Shown one piece after another: positions 20,902 to 31,493 of a stretch of 50,718 nucleotides of DNA (its first letter is position 1; each line of letters begins with the position of its first letter). A program made the position numbers and the translations under genes. Below the pieces are notes generated by a model. That model ran no database searches, was not told the DNA's origin, and was given only the letters and a program-made list of their open reading frames with translations. Origin of the DNA: Lentisphaeria bacterium (GTDB taxonomy: Bacteria > Verrucomicrobiota > Lentisphaeria > JABSQK01 > JAWLHB01); NCBI GenBank assembly GCA_041690595.1, contig JAWLHB010000024.1:62001-112718 (forward strand), written 5' to 3'.

Positions 20902-20929
20902 TTGCCAGCCCGCGCTTGGACGGTATAGT
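20902..20929 (+). promoter_or_regulatory. Putative sigma70 promoter of the second LacI gene
   Basis: TTGCCA-N16-TATAGT. Confidence 0.55.
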
Positions 20930-20958
20930 GGTTGAAACGATCTAATGAAAGGATGTTC

Positions 20959-22032
20959 ATGACAGTAGGCAGAGAGCGCAAGACGACGCTGAAGGATGTA
21001 GCACACGAGGCGAATCTGAGCGTCGCCACAGTGAGCGCGGTCCTGAATGGCAGCGACAAGTTTTCGGCGGCCACGCAGCGGCGGGTATGGGAAGTGGCTC
21101 ATGCGCTGAACTATACGCCGAACCGGCAGGCGCGTACGCTGCGGACCGGTGGGACTGCCGAGGCCAGATCGAAGACGGGCATCATCATGCACGTGAGCCA
21201 TTCAGGAGACGAGAACCCGGTGGAGAATCCGCTGGAAGGCCCGCGCTCGGCGCTTCTGGCGTGGCTGGCGCAGCAACGCGGGCTTTATCCGATATCGTAC
21301 TGGTATCATCAACGCCAGGGCTTTCAGTGCCCGCCGGTGCTCAACGGGCTGGTCGATGGCGCGATAGTGGGTACGCCGCATCTGGATGTGGTGCGGCTTC
21401 TTCGGGAGAAGCTGCCTCTGGTGTTGATGGATGTGCCATTCTCTTTTGAGACGGCCGATGTGCCGATGGTGAATGTGGATCTGCGGCGGGGATTCAGTAC
21501 GCTGATCGGGCAGGTTGCCGCCCGCGGACACCGACGGCTCGGCATTGTGCAGTCAACTCAGCATGGAGACGGGGCGGACGTGGAGGCGGCCAGCTTGCAG
21601 GCGATTCGGGAGAACGCCGCCAAGGCGGGCCTCGAGGCGCCGAACGATGGGGATCTGGCCGAAGCGTTCAATCCGGGCAATCACGACCGGCTGATGCATA
21701 AGGTCGCGGATGCTTTTGTTCCCCTTATCCAGAGCCGCCGGATCACCGTCATTGCCACGGCCGGGTCCTCCTATGCAGTGACACTTTACGAGAAGCTGAC
21801 GGCACACGGGATTCGCATTCCTGAGGATGTTTCGCTCCTCATGCCTTACTCCGGCATGGATGAATCGCCCCATGGCATCACGGCTGTCGGCATCGACTGG
21901 TCGGCAATGATCTCGACGGCGCTCGACGTGCTGAGTGCCGCCATGGAAGGCAAGACGCTGCACTGCCGCGAGTATCTGGTTTCACCTCGTATCCTGCCAG
22001 GGGTCACCCTCGGTCCCTGCCCCGCCTCCTGA
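20959..22032 (+). CDS. LacI-family transcriptional regulator
   Basis: TTLKDVAHEANLSVATVSAVLNG...LNYTPNRQARTL; GIRIPEDVS. Confidence 0.88.
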   Translation: MTVGRERKTTLKDVAHEANLSVATVSAVLNGSDKFSAATQRRVWEVAHALNYTPNRQARTLRTGGTAEARSKTGIIMHVSHSGDENPVENPLEGPRSALLAWLAQQRGLYPISYWYHQRQGFQCPPVLNGLVDGAIVGTPHLDVVRLLREKLPLVLMDVPFSFETADVPMVNVDLRRGFSTLIGQVAARGHRRLGIVQSTQHGDGADVEAASLQAIRENAAKAGLEAPNDGDLAEAFNPGNHDRLMHKVADAFVPLIQSRRITVIATAGSSYAVTLYEKLTAHGIRIPEDVSLLMPYSGMDESPHGITAVGIDWSAMISTALDVLSAAMEGKTLHCREYLVSPRILPGVTLGPCPAS

Positions 22033-22056
22033 TCCACTTCACGACGAGGTACGTAC

Positions 22057-22872
22057 ATGCATGGCCATACAGAAGTCCACGTCCGGCGCTGGTGGCTGGT
22101 GTTGCTCATGCTGCCGATCCTGGCAGCCGGTGAAAGTGGCACGGATTGGATATCGAATGGAAAGGTGCGCGTGAAGATCAGCGTGCAGCCATTGGCCAAG
22201 CGCTGGTCCTGGCAGTGCGACTGGAAGGACGACGCGGGGCAATGGCAGCCGCGGATTCAGGGGAGCCTCATGGGACAGGGAGACGAGGCGCTGGCGGCAT
22301 ACTTTCGGCCACGCTGGCAACTCTTCTATCCTTTTCAGGAGACGGTACCGAGCAACGTCCGCATAGGTGAAGGGGAGCGGGGTCCCCAGATCGAGCTGCG
22401 ACTGGAGCGCGAAGAGCTTTGGCTGGAGCTGCGCATCGTCCTTCCTGGGGACGGGGCCTTTGTCGTCTTCGAGTGCCCGGCCAGGTCGCACCCGGGGTTG
22501 CAGCCGCATGCGATTCTGAAGTTGCCGGAGCCGATGCTCCACCTCACGGGTCGCGGTGCCAGCATGGCGGCGCGCGACCGGCGCGAAGTGCACACCTTCC
22601 TGAATGTCGACCCCTTTCAGTTTGCCTGGCGGGCAGATCATCCGTGGCTGTACGCACTACTGACGGTCGAGCCCGAACACCGGGTGCGATGCCAATGGCC
22701 GCCGGGCGGCTTCGGCAACGTCTATCTGGATTTCCCGATTGTGGTGTGGGCGGCTCCGTTATCGGTGCCGCGCACGGACGATCGACTTCGCGAATATGGC
22801 GAGGCGCTCTGGCGTCAGGCCCAGTGGCACCTGCCCGGCCGCTTCGCACAACCCAGGGAGAGCCAACCATGA
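22057..22872 (+). CDS. Putative secreted hypothetical protein (Trp-rich)
   Basis: Signal-like RRWWLVLLMLPILAAG; stop overlaps the next ATG (ATGA). Confidence 0.6.
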   Translation: MHGHTEVHVRRWWLVLLMLPILAAGESGTDWISNGKVRVKISVQPLAKRWSWQCDWKDDAGQWQPRIQGSLMGQGDEALAAYFRPRWQLFYPFQETVPSNVRIGEGERGPQIELRLEREELWLELRIVLPGDGAFVVFECPARSHPGLQPHAILKLPEPMLHLTGRGASMAARDRREVHTFLNVDPFQFAWRADHPWLYALLTVEPEHRVRCQWPPGGFGNVYLDFPIVVWAAPLSVPRTDDRLREYGEALWRQAQWHLPGRFAQPRESQP

Positions 22873-25800
22873 GTCGTCTTTTCTGTCTTTGTCTTGCCCT
22901 TGCCGCACTGGGTGCCAGCGCGGAGGACGCTACCATGTGGGACTACTATGAACGGCATCCCCAGATGCAGGGCTGGTTCCCCTTCGGCCTCTATGCGGGA
23001 GGCACGAACAACCTGATGGCGCCCGGTACGTCGAGGGAAGAGCGGAGCGAATGGTTTCTCGATCTTCAGGCGCTGCAGGGCTGCAATGCGATCTGGGGGC
23101 AGCACCCGACGATCTACGGTATTGCCCGCGATGCCGACGACAATCCCATCGGCTGTAACGCGTTCGGAGAGCGGCTGTACGGCGAATCGCTGCCGGAACG
23201 AGAGATGCGCATCTGGCCCAGCTTGACGAACTGGCTGCGGTACCGCCTGCCCATCTGGGACGACATGAAACGGATGGAGCCGCTGGCCAGTGACGCGGAA
23301 ATGGCAGCCAAGGCCGAGGCACTGGCGCCTGTCCTCGATTTTGCCCGCAAGCTGCGCGAGAACTACCCCGAGACCGTGGTGGGCTTCATCACGGATGACG
23401 AGCCCAGCTTCCTGGCGCCGGCGGTAGCGGCCCAGCGGCTGCTGAACGAGCATGCCGGGGCTCCGGCGATGACCTGTCTGCCCTCCTGGGGCGGCTTCCA
23501 GAGCTTCTCGCGGCACATGCAACCCATCACCGGCGACTTCTACGTGACCAGCGATGGCGGCGACAACTCCTGGTCAATCGCGGAACGAATGAGGTGGATT
23601 CGCGAGAACCAGCCGCAACGCGTCTTCTACCTGCTGCCACTGGCGAGCGCCTATCACGGCGCCCACGAGCAGACGCTGCCTGACCTCAAGGATTCCCGCC
23701 CCAGCGTCGAGGACATGCGCATGCAGTTCTGGATGGGGCTTGCCGGAGGCGCGAAGGGCTACTTCTACTATCATCTTCTCTACAACACCTGGTGGGCAAA
23801 GGGAGAGGACAATCTTCTCAATCTGGTACTTCAGGCCAACAATGAACTCTGGCCGGAGCTGGGACGCCAGGCTGCGATTGCCACGACAATCGGCCCCTGC
23901 CTGGTGCCCTGCCAGCCAATCGAGGCGGAGAGCATCGGCATCGAGAGCGGCAGCGTCCGTTTCATCGAGTACCAGGGGCCGGCTCTCAGCGTGGGACTCC
24001 TGCAGGACATCACGCGTCCTGAGCGCCATTTCCTCCTGCCATGGAACAACGATGTCCGCGAGCGCCAGTCCGGCACGCTGACTCTGCCCGCCGAGCTGTT
24101 GACCGGGCGGCAGCTTTACGATCTTCACGATCTCGCGCTTGTCAGCCTTACGGAAGGGCGTCTTCCCATCACGCTCGAAGCAGGCGGGGGGCGGATCTTT
24201 CTCATCGGCACCGACGAGGACTTCGCCGCGTGTGAGGCGATAATCCGGGAGGCACGCGTACGGCAGCCGCGGGTGACGGCGCGTATTCTCCGACGCCTTT
24301 ACGCCAGGCAGCCGGGAGCCGTTACCAGTGCCGTTGATGCGCTGATCGCCGAAGCGGCGACCGCCGAGGCAGCCGGGGATTGGGGAGAGGCGGAAGAGCG
24401 CTACGGCGCTGCCATTGCCGCCATCCGCGAGCTGGAGAAGAAGGTTCCATACCTGCTGGATACCCGCCGGCACTTGGACGCCGTGGCAGCTGTCTTGAGT
24501 ACCTCCGACGATCTGCTGCGAACGCATACGGAGGTGCTCGGCATCGATTATTCGGCGTGGCCGCTCGAGACGTACTATAAGCTCCCCCTGGCCGGCCCGG
24601 TCATTCGCGATTTTGTGGTGCTTGTCGGCCAGTATCTTGGCAGCCGCATTGCGGAACGAAACGGCGAACTCAACGGACACCTCCTTCGTGACCGCGCCAT
24701 CGTCCTGCTGGAGCAGGCAACGGCCAATAAGCAACGCCTGGAAGATGCGATCGAGGTTGCCCTGGCGGAATCCCGTCTGCCGATCCGGGTTGCTTATTTC
24801 ACGGCGGATCGGTACGTGGTGGAAGACAACATGAACCTGGCCTGGCTATACAAGAATGCGACGAGCGGCTGGTTCGTGCCGGATGAGGCAGGGGTCTGGC
24901 GCGATCGGGACGGCAATGCCTGGGATGGAAGCGAGTGGGATGCAGTCTGGGTTCATCAGTTGCTCAGCGCCACGCCGAAAGAGGTCAGCCTGCTTCCCGC
25001 GCTGACAGCCCATCGCGAGGCGCTGGCCGACTTCGTCCAGCAGGGAGGAGGGCTGATCCTCACCGGATTGGCCGGCCAACTGGTGGTAGAACTTGGCCTG
25101 GAGCAGGTCCCGCCGGATCGTGTGCGGGAATGCTCGACCCATGGCCAGAGCTTGACCATCGGCCTGGCACCGGCAGCTGGCATGGCGGCACATCCCGCCT
25201 TGACCAGTCTTGCCGATGCGGGCTTTGTGTACACCAATGCCAGCTTTCCCGGGAACGACTACTTCGCCGAGTTCGCCTGGGAGGAGCGGGCGCCAACGGG
25301 GCAGGTCATCGCGGTGGAGCATGACCAGTTGTTCGGAGCGATCGGGACCTATGCGGCCATGGTCGAGTATGTCCATGGCAGGGGTAAGGTGATCGTCTGC
25401 GGCGGTCGAGCTTGCGATTTCACGCCTGGGCAGCCGCACGGCCTGCAGAATCTGCGGTCGGTTCACCTGCGGACCAACCTGCGCGCCATTCTTCGCGATA
25501 CTCTCGCCTATGCCGCCGCGGATCAGCGCTTCACGCCTGATGCCGCCGCGGTGGCCGCCGTTGGCCAGCCCCGCCAACGCCCCGTCTCCCTGCCGTTCGA
25601 CGGCTGGGCCTTCCGCCTCGATCCCGAGCAGGTGGGCGAAGATCAGAACTGGATGGCTCCCGATCCCCCGCCCGGAGAGTGGGACACGATCAGCATTGGC
25701 GCGAACTGGGAGAGCCTGGGGTACGACTACAACGGCATCGCCTGGTATCGGCGCTCCGTGACCCTGCACAATCGCCCAGGCCAGCGCACGATGCTTCACT

Positions 25801-26027
25801 TCGGCGCGGTGGACGAGCAGGCGACCGTCTGGATCGACGGCAAACGCGTGGGCCATCATCGTGGCGAACCGAACGGCTGGGAGGCGTGGGATCAGCCTTT
25901 TGCGATGGACATCACCGATTTTGTGACGGCTGAGCCTACCGAGCATCTCCTGACAGTTCGGGTGCATGACATCAGCGCCGCCGGCGGCATCTGGAAGCCG
26001 GTATGGGTCGAGTGGAGCCAGCAGTGA
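22869..26027 (+). CDS. Large secreted glycoside-hydrolase-like protein with a C-terminal GH2-type sugar-binding domain
   Basis: Signal peptide MSRLFCLCLALAALGASA; ITDDEPS; GAKGYFYY; FVQQGGGLILTG domain; C-terminal WAFRLDP...YNGIAWYRR...LHFGAVDE...GGIWKPV. Confidence 0.7.
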   Translation: MSRLFCLCLALAALGASAEDATMWDYYERHPQMQGWFPFGLYAGGTNNLMAPGTSREERSEWFLDLQALQGCNAIWGQHPTIYGIARDADDNPIGCNAFGERLYGESLPEREMRIWPSLTNWLRYRLPIWDDMKRMEPLASDAEMAAKAEALAPVLDFARKLRENYPETVVGFITDDEPSFLAPAVAAQRLLNEHAGAPAMTCLPSWGGFQSFSRHMQPITGDFYVTSDGGDNSWSIAERMRWIRENQPQRVFYLLPLASAYHGAHEQTLPDLKDSRPSVEDMRMQFWMGLAGGAKGYFYYHLLYNTWWAKGEDNLLNLVLQANNELWPELGRQAAIATTIGPCLVPCQPIEAESIGIESGSVRFIEYQGPALSVGLLQDITRPERHFLLPWNNDVRERQSGTLTLPAELLTGRQLYDLHDLALVSLTEGRLPITLEAGGGRIFLIGTDEDFAACEAIIREARVRQPRVTARILRRLYARQPGAVTSAVDALIAEAATAEAAGDWGEAEERYGAAIAAIRELEKKVPYLLDTRRHLDAVAAVLSTSDDLLRTHTEVLGIDYSAWPLETYYKLPLAGPVIRDFVVLVGQYLGSRIAERNGELNGHLLRDRAIVLLEQATANKQRLEDAIEVALAESRLPIRVAYFTADRYVVEDNMNLAWLYKNATSGWFVPDEAGVWRDRDGNAWDGSEWDAVWVHQLLSATPKEVSLLPALTAHREALADFVQQGGGLILTGLAGQLVVELGLEQVPPDRVRECSTHGQSLTIGLAPAAGMAAHPALTSLADAGFVYTNASFPGNDYFAEFAWEERAPTGQVIAVEHDQLFGAIGTYAAMVEYVHGRGKVIVCGGRACDFTPGQPHGLQNLRSVHLRTNLRAILRDTLAYAAADQRFTPDAAAVAAVGQPRQRPVSLPFDGWAFRLDPEQVGEDQNWMAPDPPPGEWDTISIGANWESLGYDYNGIAWYRRSVTLHNRPGQRTMLHFGAVDEQATVWIDGKRVGHHRGEPNGWEAWDQPFAMDITDFVTAEPTEHLLTVRVHDISAAGGIWKPVWVEWSQQ

Positions 26028-26182
26028 CGCCTGCCCGCGGAACAGCGGGGCATCTTCGGTGAAAAGGGGCCTTATTTGGTCAGTCTGTGATGGAAAAGCA
26101 GGTGCGCGCAAGGTAGGATATGCTGGAAGCATGAACTCTCGCCACGGCGCTGCAACCTCATGGACTACAGGCGGAAATAAAG

Positions 26183-27040
26183 ATGGGCATCAAGATCGGG
26201 TACGTCGACTACAACGCGGACAACTTCCATGCGAATGTCTATCTGAAAGCAGTTCGCGGAGAGTTGAGCAGCCGGGGCTTCGAGGTTGCGGGGGTCACGG
26301 CACTGAAGGAGGAATCGAGCCGGGCCTGGGCCAAGGCGAACGATGTCCCCTGGTGCGACTCGCCCGCGGAACTGGCCGACAGGTGCGATGTCTTCATGGT
26401 GCTGGCGCCCTCCAACCCGGAAGTGCATCTGGAACTGTGCCAGTGGATCTTCCCCTTCGGTAAGGCCACCTACGTCGACAAGACCTTCGCGCCGGACCTT
26501 GCGACCGCCCAGCAGATCTTCGCGCTGGCGGACGAGTATGGGGTTCCGGTGCAGACGACTTCGGCGCTGCGGTACACAGGCGTCCAGAAGTATGTGGCGG
26601 AGAATGGTGGTACCGAGGCGGTGCGGCACATGGTGGCATGGGGAGGGGGAAGCTCCTTCGGCGAGTATGCGATTCATCCGCTGGAGATCGTCGTCAGTTG
26701 CATGGGTGCCGGAGCCAAGCGGCTCATGCGGCGGGGCAGCGGCAGCCAGTCGCAGCTGTTGATCGATTTTGCGGGTGACCGCACGGCGGTGGTCAACGTC
26801 TATGTCAATGCCGGAACACCTTTTGCCGCCAGCGTCACCACCGAGGCCAAGACGGCGTTGATCGAGGTTGACGGCTCGCGCCTCTTCCTGGATACCGCGG
26901 CTGCCGTACTGGACTTTCTCGAGAGCGGGAAGCCGAGCATTGATCGCGAGGAGAGCCTGACCATTCGCCGACTACTGGATGCCGCCGCGGATCCTGCCGC
27001 ACAAGCCGGCTTCATCCAGCTTCAGGAACCGACGGCATGA
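26183..27040 (+). CDS. Gfo/Idh/MocA-like oxidoreductase
   Basis: KATYVDKTFA, SALRY, YAIH motifs. Confidence 0.7.
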   Translation: MGIKIGYVDYNADNFHANVYLKAVRGELSSRGFEVAGVTALKEESSRAWAKANDVPWCDSPAELADRCDVFMVLAPSNPEVHLELCQWIFPFGKATYVDKTFAPDLATAQQIFALADEYGVPVQTTSALRYTGVQKYVAENGGTEAVRHMVAWGGGSSFGEYAIHPLEIVVSCMGAGAKRLMRRGSGSQSQLLIDFAGDRTAVVNVYVNAGTPFAASVTTEAKTALIEVDGSRLFLDTAAAVLDFLESGKPSIDREESLTIRRLLDAAADPAAQAGFIQLQEPTA

Positions 27041-28080
27041 TAGAACCGATCAACCTGCGCAGCGATACCCAGACACTCCCGACAGCGGAGATGCGCCGGG
27101 CGATGGCCGAGGCGGAGCTTGGGGATGACATGTGGGGGGAGGATCCAACCGTCAACCAATTGGAGGAGCTGGTCGCGGGCCGTTTCGAACGTGAAGCCGC
27201 GGTGCTGGTTGCCAGCGGCACCATGGGCAACCTTGCCAGCCTGATGGCGCAGGCGCGACCGGGCGACGAGGTGCTCCTGGGAGCCGAATCGCATGTCTAT
27301 TACTATGAAGGGGGCAGCATCGCTTCCGTCGCGGGCCTGATGCCGCGCTTGTTCGATGACCGCCGAGGCTATCCACTGCCCGAGGAGGTCGAGGCGGCGT
27401 TGCGTCCGAGCGATCAGCACTTCCCGCGTTCGCGAGTGCTCTGCCTGGAGAATACCCATAACCGTGCGGGCGGCCGCATCGTGCCGCTGGAGATCCTGAG
27501 TCAACTCTCGGAGGTGGCTCGCAAGCATGAGCTGCGGATTCATCTGGATGGAGCCCGGATATTCAATGCGGCGGTAGCGTCGGGAGTGCCGGTGGCGCGG
27601 TATGCGGCGCTGGTCGATTCGCTGACGTTCTGCTTGTCGAAAGGATTGAGCGCGCCGATCGGATCTTTGATCGTGGGCGATGGCGATTTGATCGCGGAGG
27701 TGCGCCGATGCCGGAAGCGGCTTGGCGGCGCGATGCGGCAGGCTGGCGTTATCGCGGCGGCGGGCATCGTCGCTCTGGAGACGATGGTCGATCGCCTGGC
27801 GGAGGATCACGCCAACGCACGGCGCCTGGCGGAGGCGCTGATGGGGCTCCCCCGGTTGCGTATCGATCTCGATTCCGTGGAGACGAACATGATCTACGTG
27901 GAGTGCGCCGGAACCGGCTGCGACGGGGAGGCCTTCGCGGCGCACCTGCGACAAGCTGGTGTACTGGTCAGCGCCGTCCCGCCCAGCCGCATACGGCTGG
28001 TCACCAACCGACACGTCAGCGCGGCAGCCACCGAAGAGGCGGCCAGCCGAATCGCGCGTGTATGCCATGAGCTTCCTTAG
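27037..28080 (+). CDS. ltaE: Low-specificity L-threonine aldolase
   Basis: LRSDT, GDDMWGEDPT, SGTMGN, LENTHN, HLDGARIFNA, CLSKGL, GGAMRQAG. Confidence 0.93.
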   Translation: MIEPINLRSDTQTLPTAEMRRAMAEAELGDDMWGEDPTVNQLEELVAGRFEREAAVLVASGTMGNLASLMAQARPGDEVLLGAESHVYYYEGGSIASVAGLMPRLFDDRRGYPLPEEVEAALRPSDQHFPRSRVLCLENTHNRAGGRIVPLEILSQLSEVARKHELRIHLDGARIFNAAVASGVPVARYAALVDSLTFCLSKGLSAPIGSLIVGDGDLIAEVRRCRKRLGGAMRQAGVIAAAGIVALETMVDRLAEDHANARRLAEALMGLPRLRIDLDSVETNMIYVECAGTGCDGEAFAAHLRQAGVLVSAVPPSRIRLVTNRHVSAAATEEAASRIARVCHELP

Positions 28081-28141
28081 AACAATAACGATTATCGGCT
28101 TGCCGTCTGCGACGGTCAGCCATTGGAGATAAGAGCAGCGA

Positions 28142-30124
28142 ATGAAAGCATCCACATCCCCCACCCTTGTGCATCTGAACACCGATGTCTGGCATGAATC
28201 GGCCGGCCCGCTGCTGCGTGACGTCCTCGACATGGAGGCGCGCAAGTGGCACCTGCTGCACCGTCCGCCAGGCAGCCTTGAAGAGTGGCAAAGCAGGCGC
28301 GAGAGCCTGATCAAACAGATTCGGACACTTGCGGGCGTGGAGGAAATCGAGGCGCCGCTGGAGCCAATAGTGCATGGCACCATTCAGCTCGATGGATACC
28401 AGGTGCAGCGCGTCACCTACCAGAGTCGCCCCGGCATGTGGGTGACCGGCAACCTCTTCAAGCCCGATGGAGATGGTCCCTTTCCGGCCGTACTTGGCGT
28501 CCATGGGCATTGGCAGCAGGGCAAGATCGCTCCGCGGGTTGCGGCGCGCGGCCACATGCTTGCCATGGACGGCTTTGTGATGCTGTCGGTCGACGCGATC
28601 GGGGCGGGCGAACGGGGCACCACCCCCGGCTCTTACGAGTACCATGGCGCTCAGATCGGTGCCTCGCTGTTGAATGTCGGCAAGACGCTGCTGGGCATGC
28701 AGGTGCAGGACAACCTGCGCGGCCTGGACTACTTGCAGTCGCTGCCCTTTGTTGATGGTGATCGTCTGGGGGTGACGGGAGCCAGCGGCGGGGGGAACCA
28801 GACCATGTGGCTGACCGCGCTGGACGCGCGGGTGAAGGCCGCGGTACCTGTGGTATCGGTGGGCACCTTCGAATCGTATGTGCGCAATCGCAACTGCGTC
28901 TGTGAGGTGCTGCCGCAGGGGTTGCTCTTCATGGAAGAGTGGGCAGTGCTCGGGCTTGCCGCGCCCAACAAGGTGCTCATCCTCAACGCACTGCAGGACT
29001 GCAACGAAGCCTTTTCGCTGAAGCAGATGCTGCGCTCCTATCGCGATGCGCGTCAGGTGTATCAACTGTACGGGGCGGAAGAGCATCTCGCGTATCAGAC
29101 GATCGACCTGCCCCACGGCTACTGGCCGGAGATGCGCCGCCACATGCTCGGGTGGTTCCGTCGATGGCTCAAGGACGAAGGAAGTGGCTGGCCATGCGAA
29201 ATCCCGCAGTTCGAAGACCTCCCGGAGGAGCAGCTCCTCTGCTATCCAGATCACAAGCGCCCGCCGCAAGTCAAGTCTATTCTCTCTTTCGTCGCCGACA
29301 GAGCGGAAGCCCTGCTCGAGGAGAGCATGGCCCACGAGATGAAGATCGAGCGCAAGGAGAAGCTCGGCATCCTGGCGGAGTTGATCAGGCTGCCCGACGA
29401 TTGCACCTGCGTCGCGGTCAGTCAGCGGGGTACGGAAATGGTGGGCGACCTGCGCATGGAGAAATTCGTGGTCGAGGTGGAGCCCAACCTCCCCCTCCCC
29501 TGCGTCACCATTCGTCCGCCAGGCGCCACCCCCGGCCACCTGACCATCGTTGCTCACCCAGACGGCAAACAGGCCGCCCTGCAGACGGAGGAGGTCCAGA
29601 GTCTGCTGGCGGAGGGCAAGGCCGTTTGCCTGGTCGACCTGCGGAACCGCGGCGAGACGCAATGGGATACGATGGGGCAACCGGCGGATCACGAGGCGGC
29701 GCGGGCCGCCCTCTGGCTCGGCCGCACCATGATCGGAGACTGGACCCGCGATCTGATCGCTATTCGCGAGGCCATCGTCCGCGCGGAGCCGGCGATGCGC
29801 TGCGAACTGCTGGCCTATCGAGAGCTGGCGCTTGCCGCCGCCACGGCCACGGCCATTTCAGGGCGCTTCACGGAAGCTGTTCTGGTCGAGATGCTCAGCT
29901 CGTGGTTCTCGGGCAGCCAGAAGCCGGGCTATGGCATGAGCCAGTTCATCCCCAATATTCTGTCGTGGGGCGATATCAGCCTTATCGTCGCTCTCACGCC
30001 GGTGCGGGTGCGCCTGCGCCGCCCGATCAATGCCGCTGGCGAAGTTCTCAACGAGAGTGAACATGCAGCGTTGCAGGAGGAGATCCGGAGTCTGTCCGAT
30101 CGGATCATCGCCCCTCGGGGGTAA
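28142..30124 (+). CDS. Alpha/beta-hydrolase (acetyl xylan esterase-like, tandem domains)
   Basis: PAVLGVHGH, nucleophile elbow TGASGGG, HGY; second degenerate hydrolase domain. Confidence 0.8.
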   Translation: MKASTSPTLVHLNTDVWHESAGPLLRDVLDMEARKWHLLHRPPGSLEEWQSRRESLIKQIRTLAGVEEIEAPLEPIVHGTIQLDGYQVQRVTYQSRPGMWVTGNLFKPDGDGPFPAVLGVHGHWQQGKIAPRVAARGHMLAMDGFVMLSVDAIGAGERGTTPGSYEYHGAQIGASLLNVGKTLLGMQVQDNLRGLDYLQSLPFVDGDRLGVTGASGGGNQTMWLTALDARVKAAVPVVSVGTFESYVRNRNCVCEVLPQGLLFMEEWAVLGLAAPNKVLILNALQDCNEAFSLKQMLRSYRDARQVYQLYGAEEHLAYQTIDLPHGYWPEMRRHMLGWFRRWLKDEGSGWPCEIPQFEDLPEEQLLCYPDHKRPPQVKSILSFVADRAEALLEESMAHEMKIERKEKLGILAELIRLPDDCTCVAVSQRGTEMVGDLRMEKFVVEVEPNLPLPCVTIRPPGATPGHLTIVAHPDGKQAALQTEEVQSLLAEGKAVCLVDLRNRGETQWDTMGQPADHEAARAALWLGRTMIGDWTRDLIAIREAIVRAEPAMRCELLAYRELALAAATATAISGRFTEAVLVEMLSSWFSGSQKPGYGMSQFIPNILSWGDISLIVALTPVRVRLRRPINAAGEVLNESEHAALQEEIRSLSDRIIAPRG

Positions 30125-30142
30125 GCCGGTTGGTGGGTCTTC

Positions 30143-31384
30143 TCAGACGGTGTCGAGGACCTGGTTGATGCGGTCGTCCAGGGCGCGTTGATCCTTGGCG
30201 AAGGAGGCCAGTCCAGCAAGGTTGAGCAGGGTATCCGGCGCGATCTCGCCGGCGTGGATGCGTGGTTGCCAGCGACGGTGCCGGGGGATCTTCCCGTCGT
30301 TGGCGATATGGCCGTGCTCCTCGTCGCTGAGGTGCGGGAAGAGATTACCGGCACCAAGCTGATGGGCGCGTTCGACCAACTCGCGGGCGGTGGCCGGCGG
30401 ATTCCCAGCCATGCTGTCGCCCAGGCGCTTTGTGCCTTCATCGAGCTCCCAGAAGAGGTCGAGCTTTTCCTGCACGGGATCGATGCCATCGGCGAAGTCG
30501 ACCCGATAGCACTCGGCGAGGCGGTTGCGCCACTCGCCGGAGAGCCGTTCGCGGGCGCCGGCGGCCACCTTTACCGGCATGGTCTGCACGTCAACTCCGG
30601 CCAGTTCCTCTATTTGCGATGGCGCACGCAGGCTGGCGGCGATCTGCCGTATATCTCGGCGCCGGCTGGTGCTGATCGAGGTGATGATGCGCTGGCTGGC
30701 GAGGGTCGCCTTCTCACCCGCATGGTCGCCGCTGCCAAGCTCGTTATCCGCGATATAGGAGTTGATGCGACCGAGGAAGACATTGACATAGGAGGGGGAG
30801 GCAAAACGAGCCGCAAGATAGTTCTGCCTGGCACTGAAGCCGAGCGTGAAATTGACGGGAATCTCCATGCGGCGCAAATGGCGCGTGGCCACCAGCCCCG
30901 AGGCAGTCAGGGGCACCTTGACGATGAAATGCGTGGGGCAGATGCTGTAGATTCGCCGGGCATAGTGAATGCTCGCTTCCATATCGTCAGCCAGGTCCGT
31001 GTGCAGCTCGACGCTCACCTTGCAGCCGAAGCGCTGAGCGATGGCCAGCCCATGGCGGGCATTGAGGAGGAAGGCGATCTCGATGACACGGCGCTGGCCG
31101 ACCCGGTCCTTCAGCAGGTTACTTGCCTCGCGAATGAGGTCGTCATACTGGCCGGTCTGCACCTCGGCGTTGAGCAGGGTGTTGTTGGTGGTAAGGGCAG
31201 AGAAGTCGCCAGTCCATAGCTCACCGGCCGCCGCGATGTCCCCCGTATCCAGCCACAACTCCGTACCCGTGTCACGGAGTCCACTCCAGAATGGTGCCTT
31301 GTCGACCTCTGGCGGCGCCTCCGGCAGGCGAATACCACGCTTGATGAAATCCGCCAGTTCCTTTTCCAGTGTGGATGTCGGCAT
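30143..31384 (-). CDS. tal: Transaldolase-family protein
   Basis: LWLDTGD, LTTNN, VSVELH, IVKVPLT (Schiff-base Lys), VNFTLGFS, NVFLGR, AASLR; GGAGG RBS. Confidence 0.8.
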   Translation of the reverse strand: MPTSTLEKELADFIKRGIRLPEAPPEVDKAPFWSGLRDTGTELWLDTGDIAAAGELWTGDFSALTTNNTLLNAEVQTGQYDDLIREASNLLKDRVGQRRVIEIAFLLNARHGLAIAQRFGCKVSVELHTDLADDMEASIHYARRIYSICPTHFIVKVPLTASGLVATRHLRRMEIPVNFTLGFSARQNYLAARFASPSYVNVFLGRINSYIADNELGSGDHAGEKATLASQRIITSISTSRRRDIRQIAASLRAPSQIEELAGVDVQTMPVKVAAGARERLSGEWRNRLAECYRVDFADGIDPVQEKLDLFWELDEGTKRLGDSMAGNPPATARELVERAHQLGAGNLFPHLSDEEHGHIANDGKIPRHRRWQPRIHAGEIAPDTLLNLAGLASFAKDQRALDDRINQVLDTV

Positions 31385-31493
31385 CAGGTGCACCTCCCTG
31401 CGGTTTGTTTCATGCATGAACCACCACTATTATAACGGACATTCACGGCAACCTGCAAACGCAGGTTCATCCCCCACTATCCTGGAGATAACC

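Noticed and set aside
20563..21201. 213-aa N-terminal extension of PNPase in the ORF track
   Set aside because: It overlaps the divergent LacI gene and both promoters; PNPase homology and an RBS start at 20562
22419..22868. Upstream extension of the 1202-aa ORF
   Set aside because: It overlaps the preceding gene; the signal peptide and RBS indicate ATG 22869
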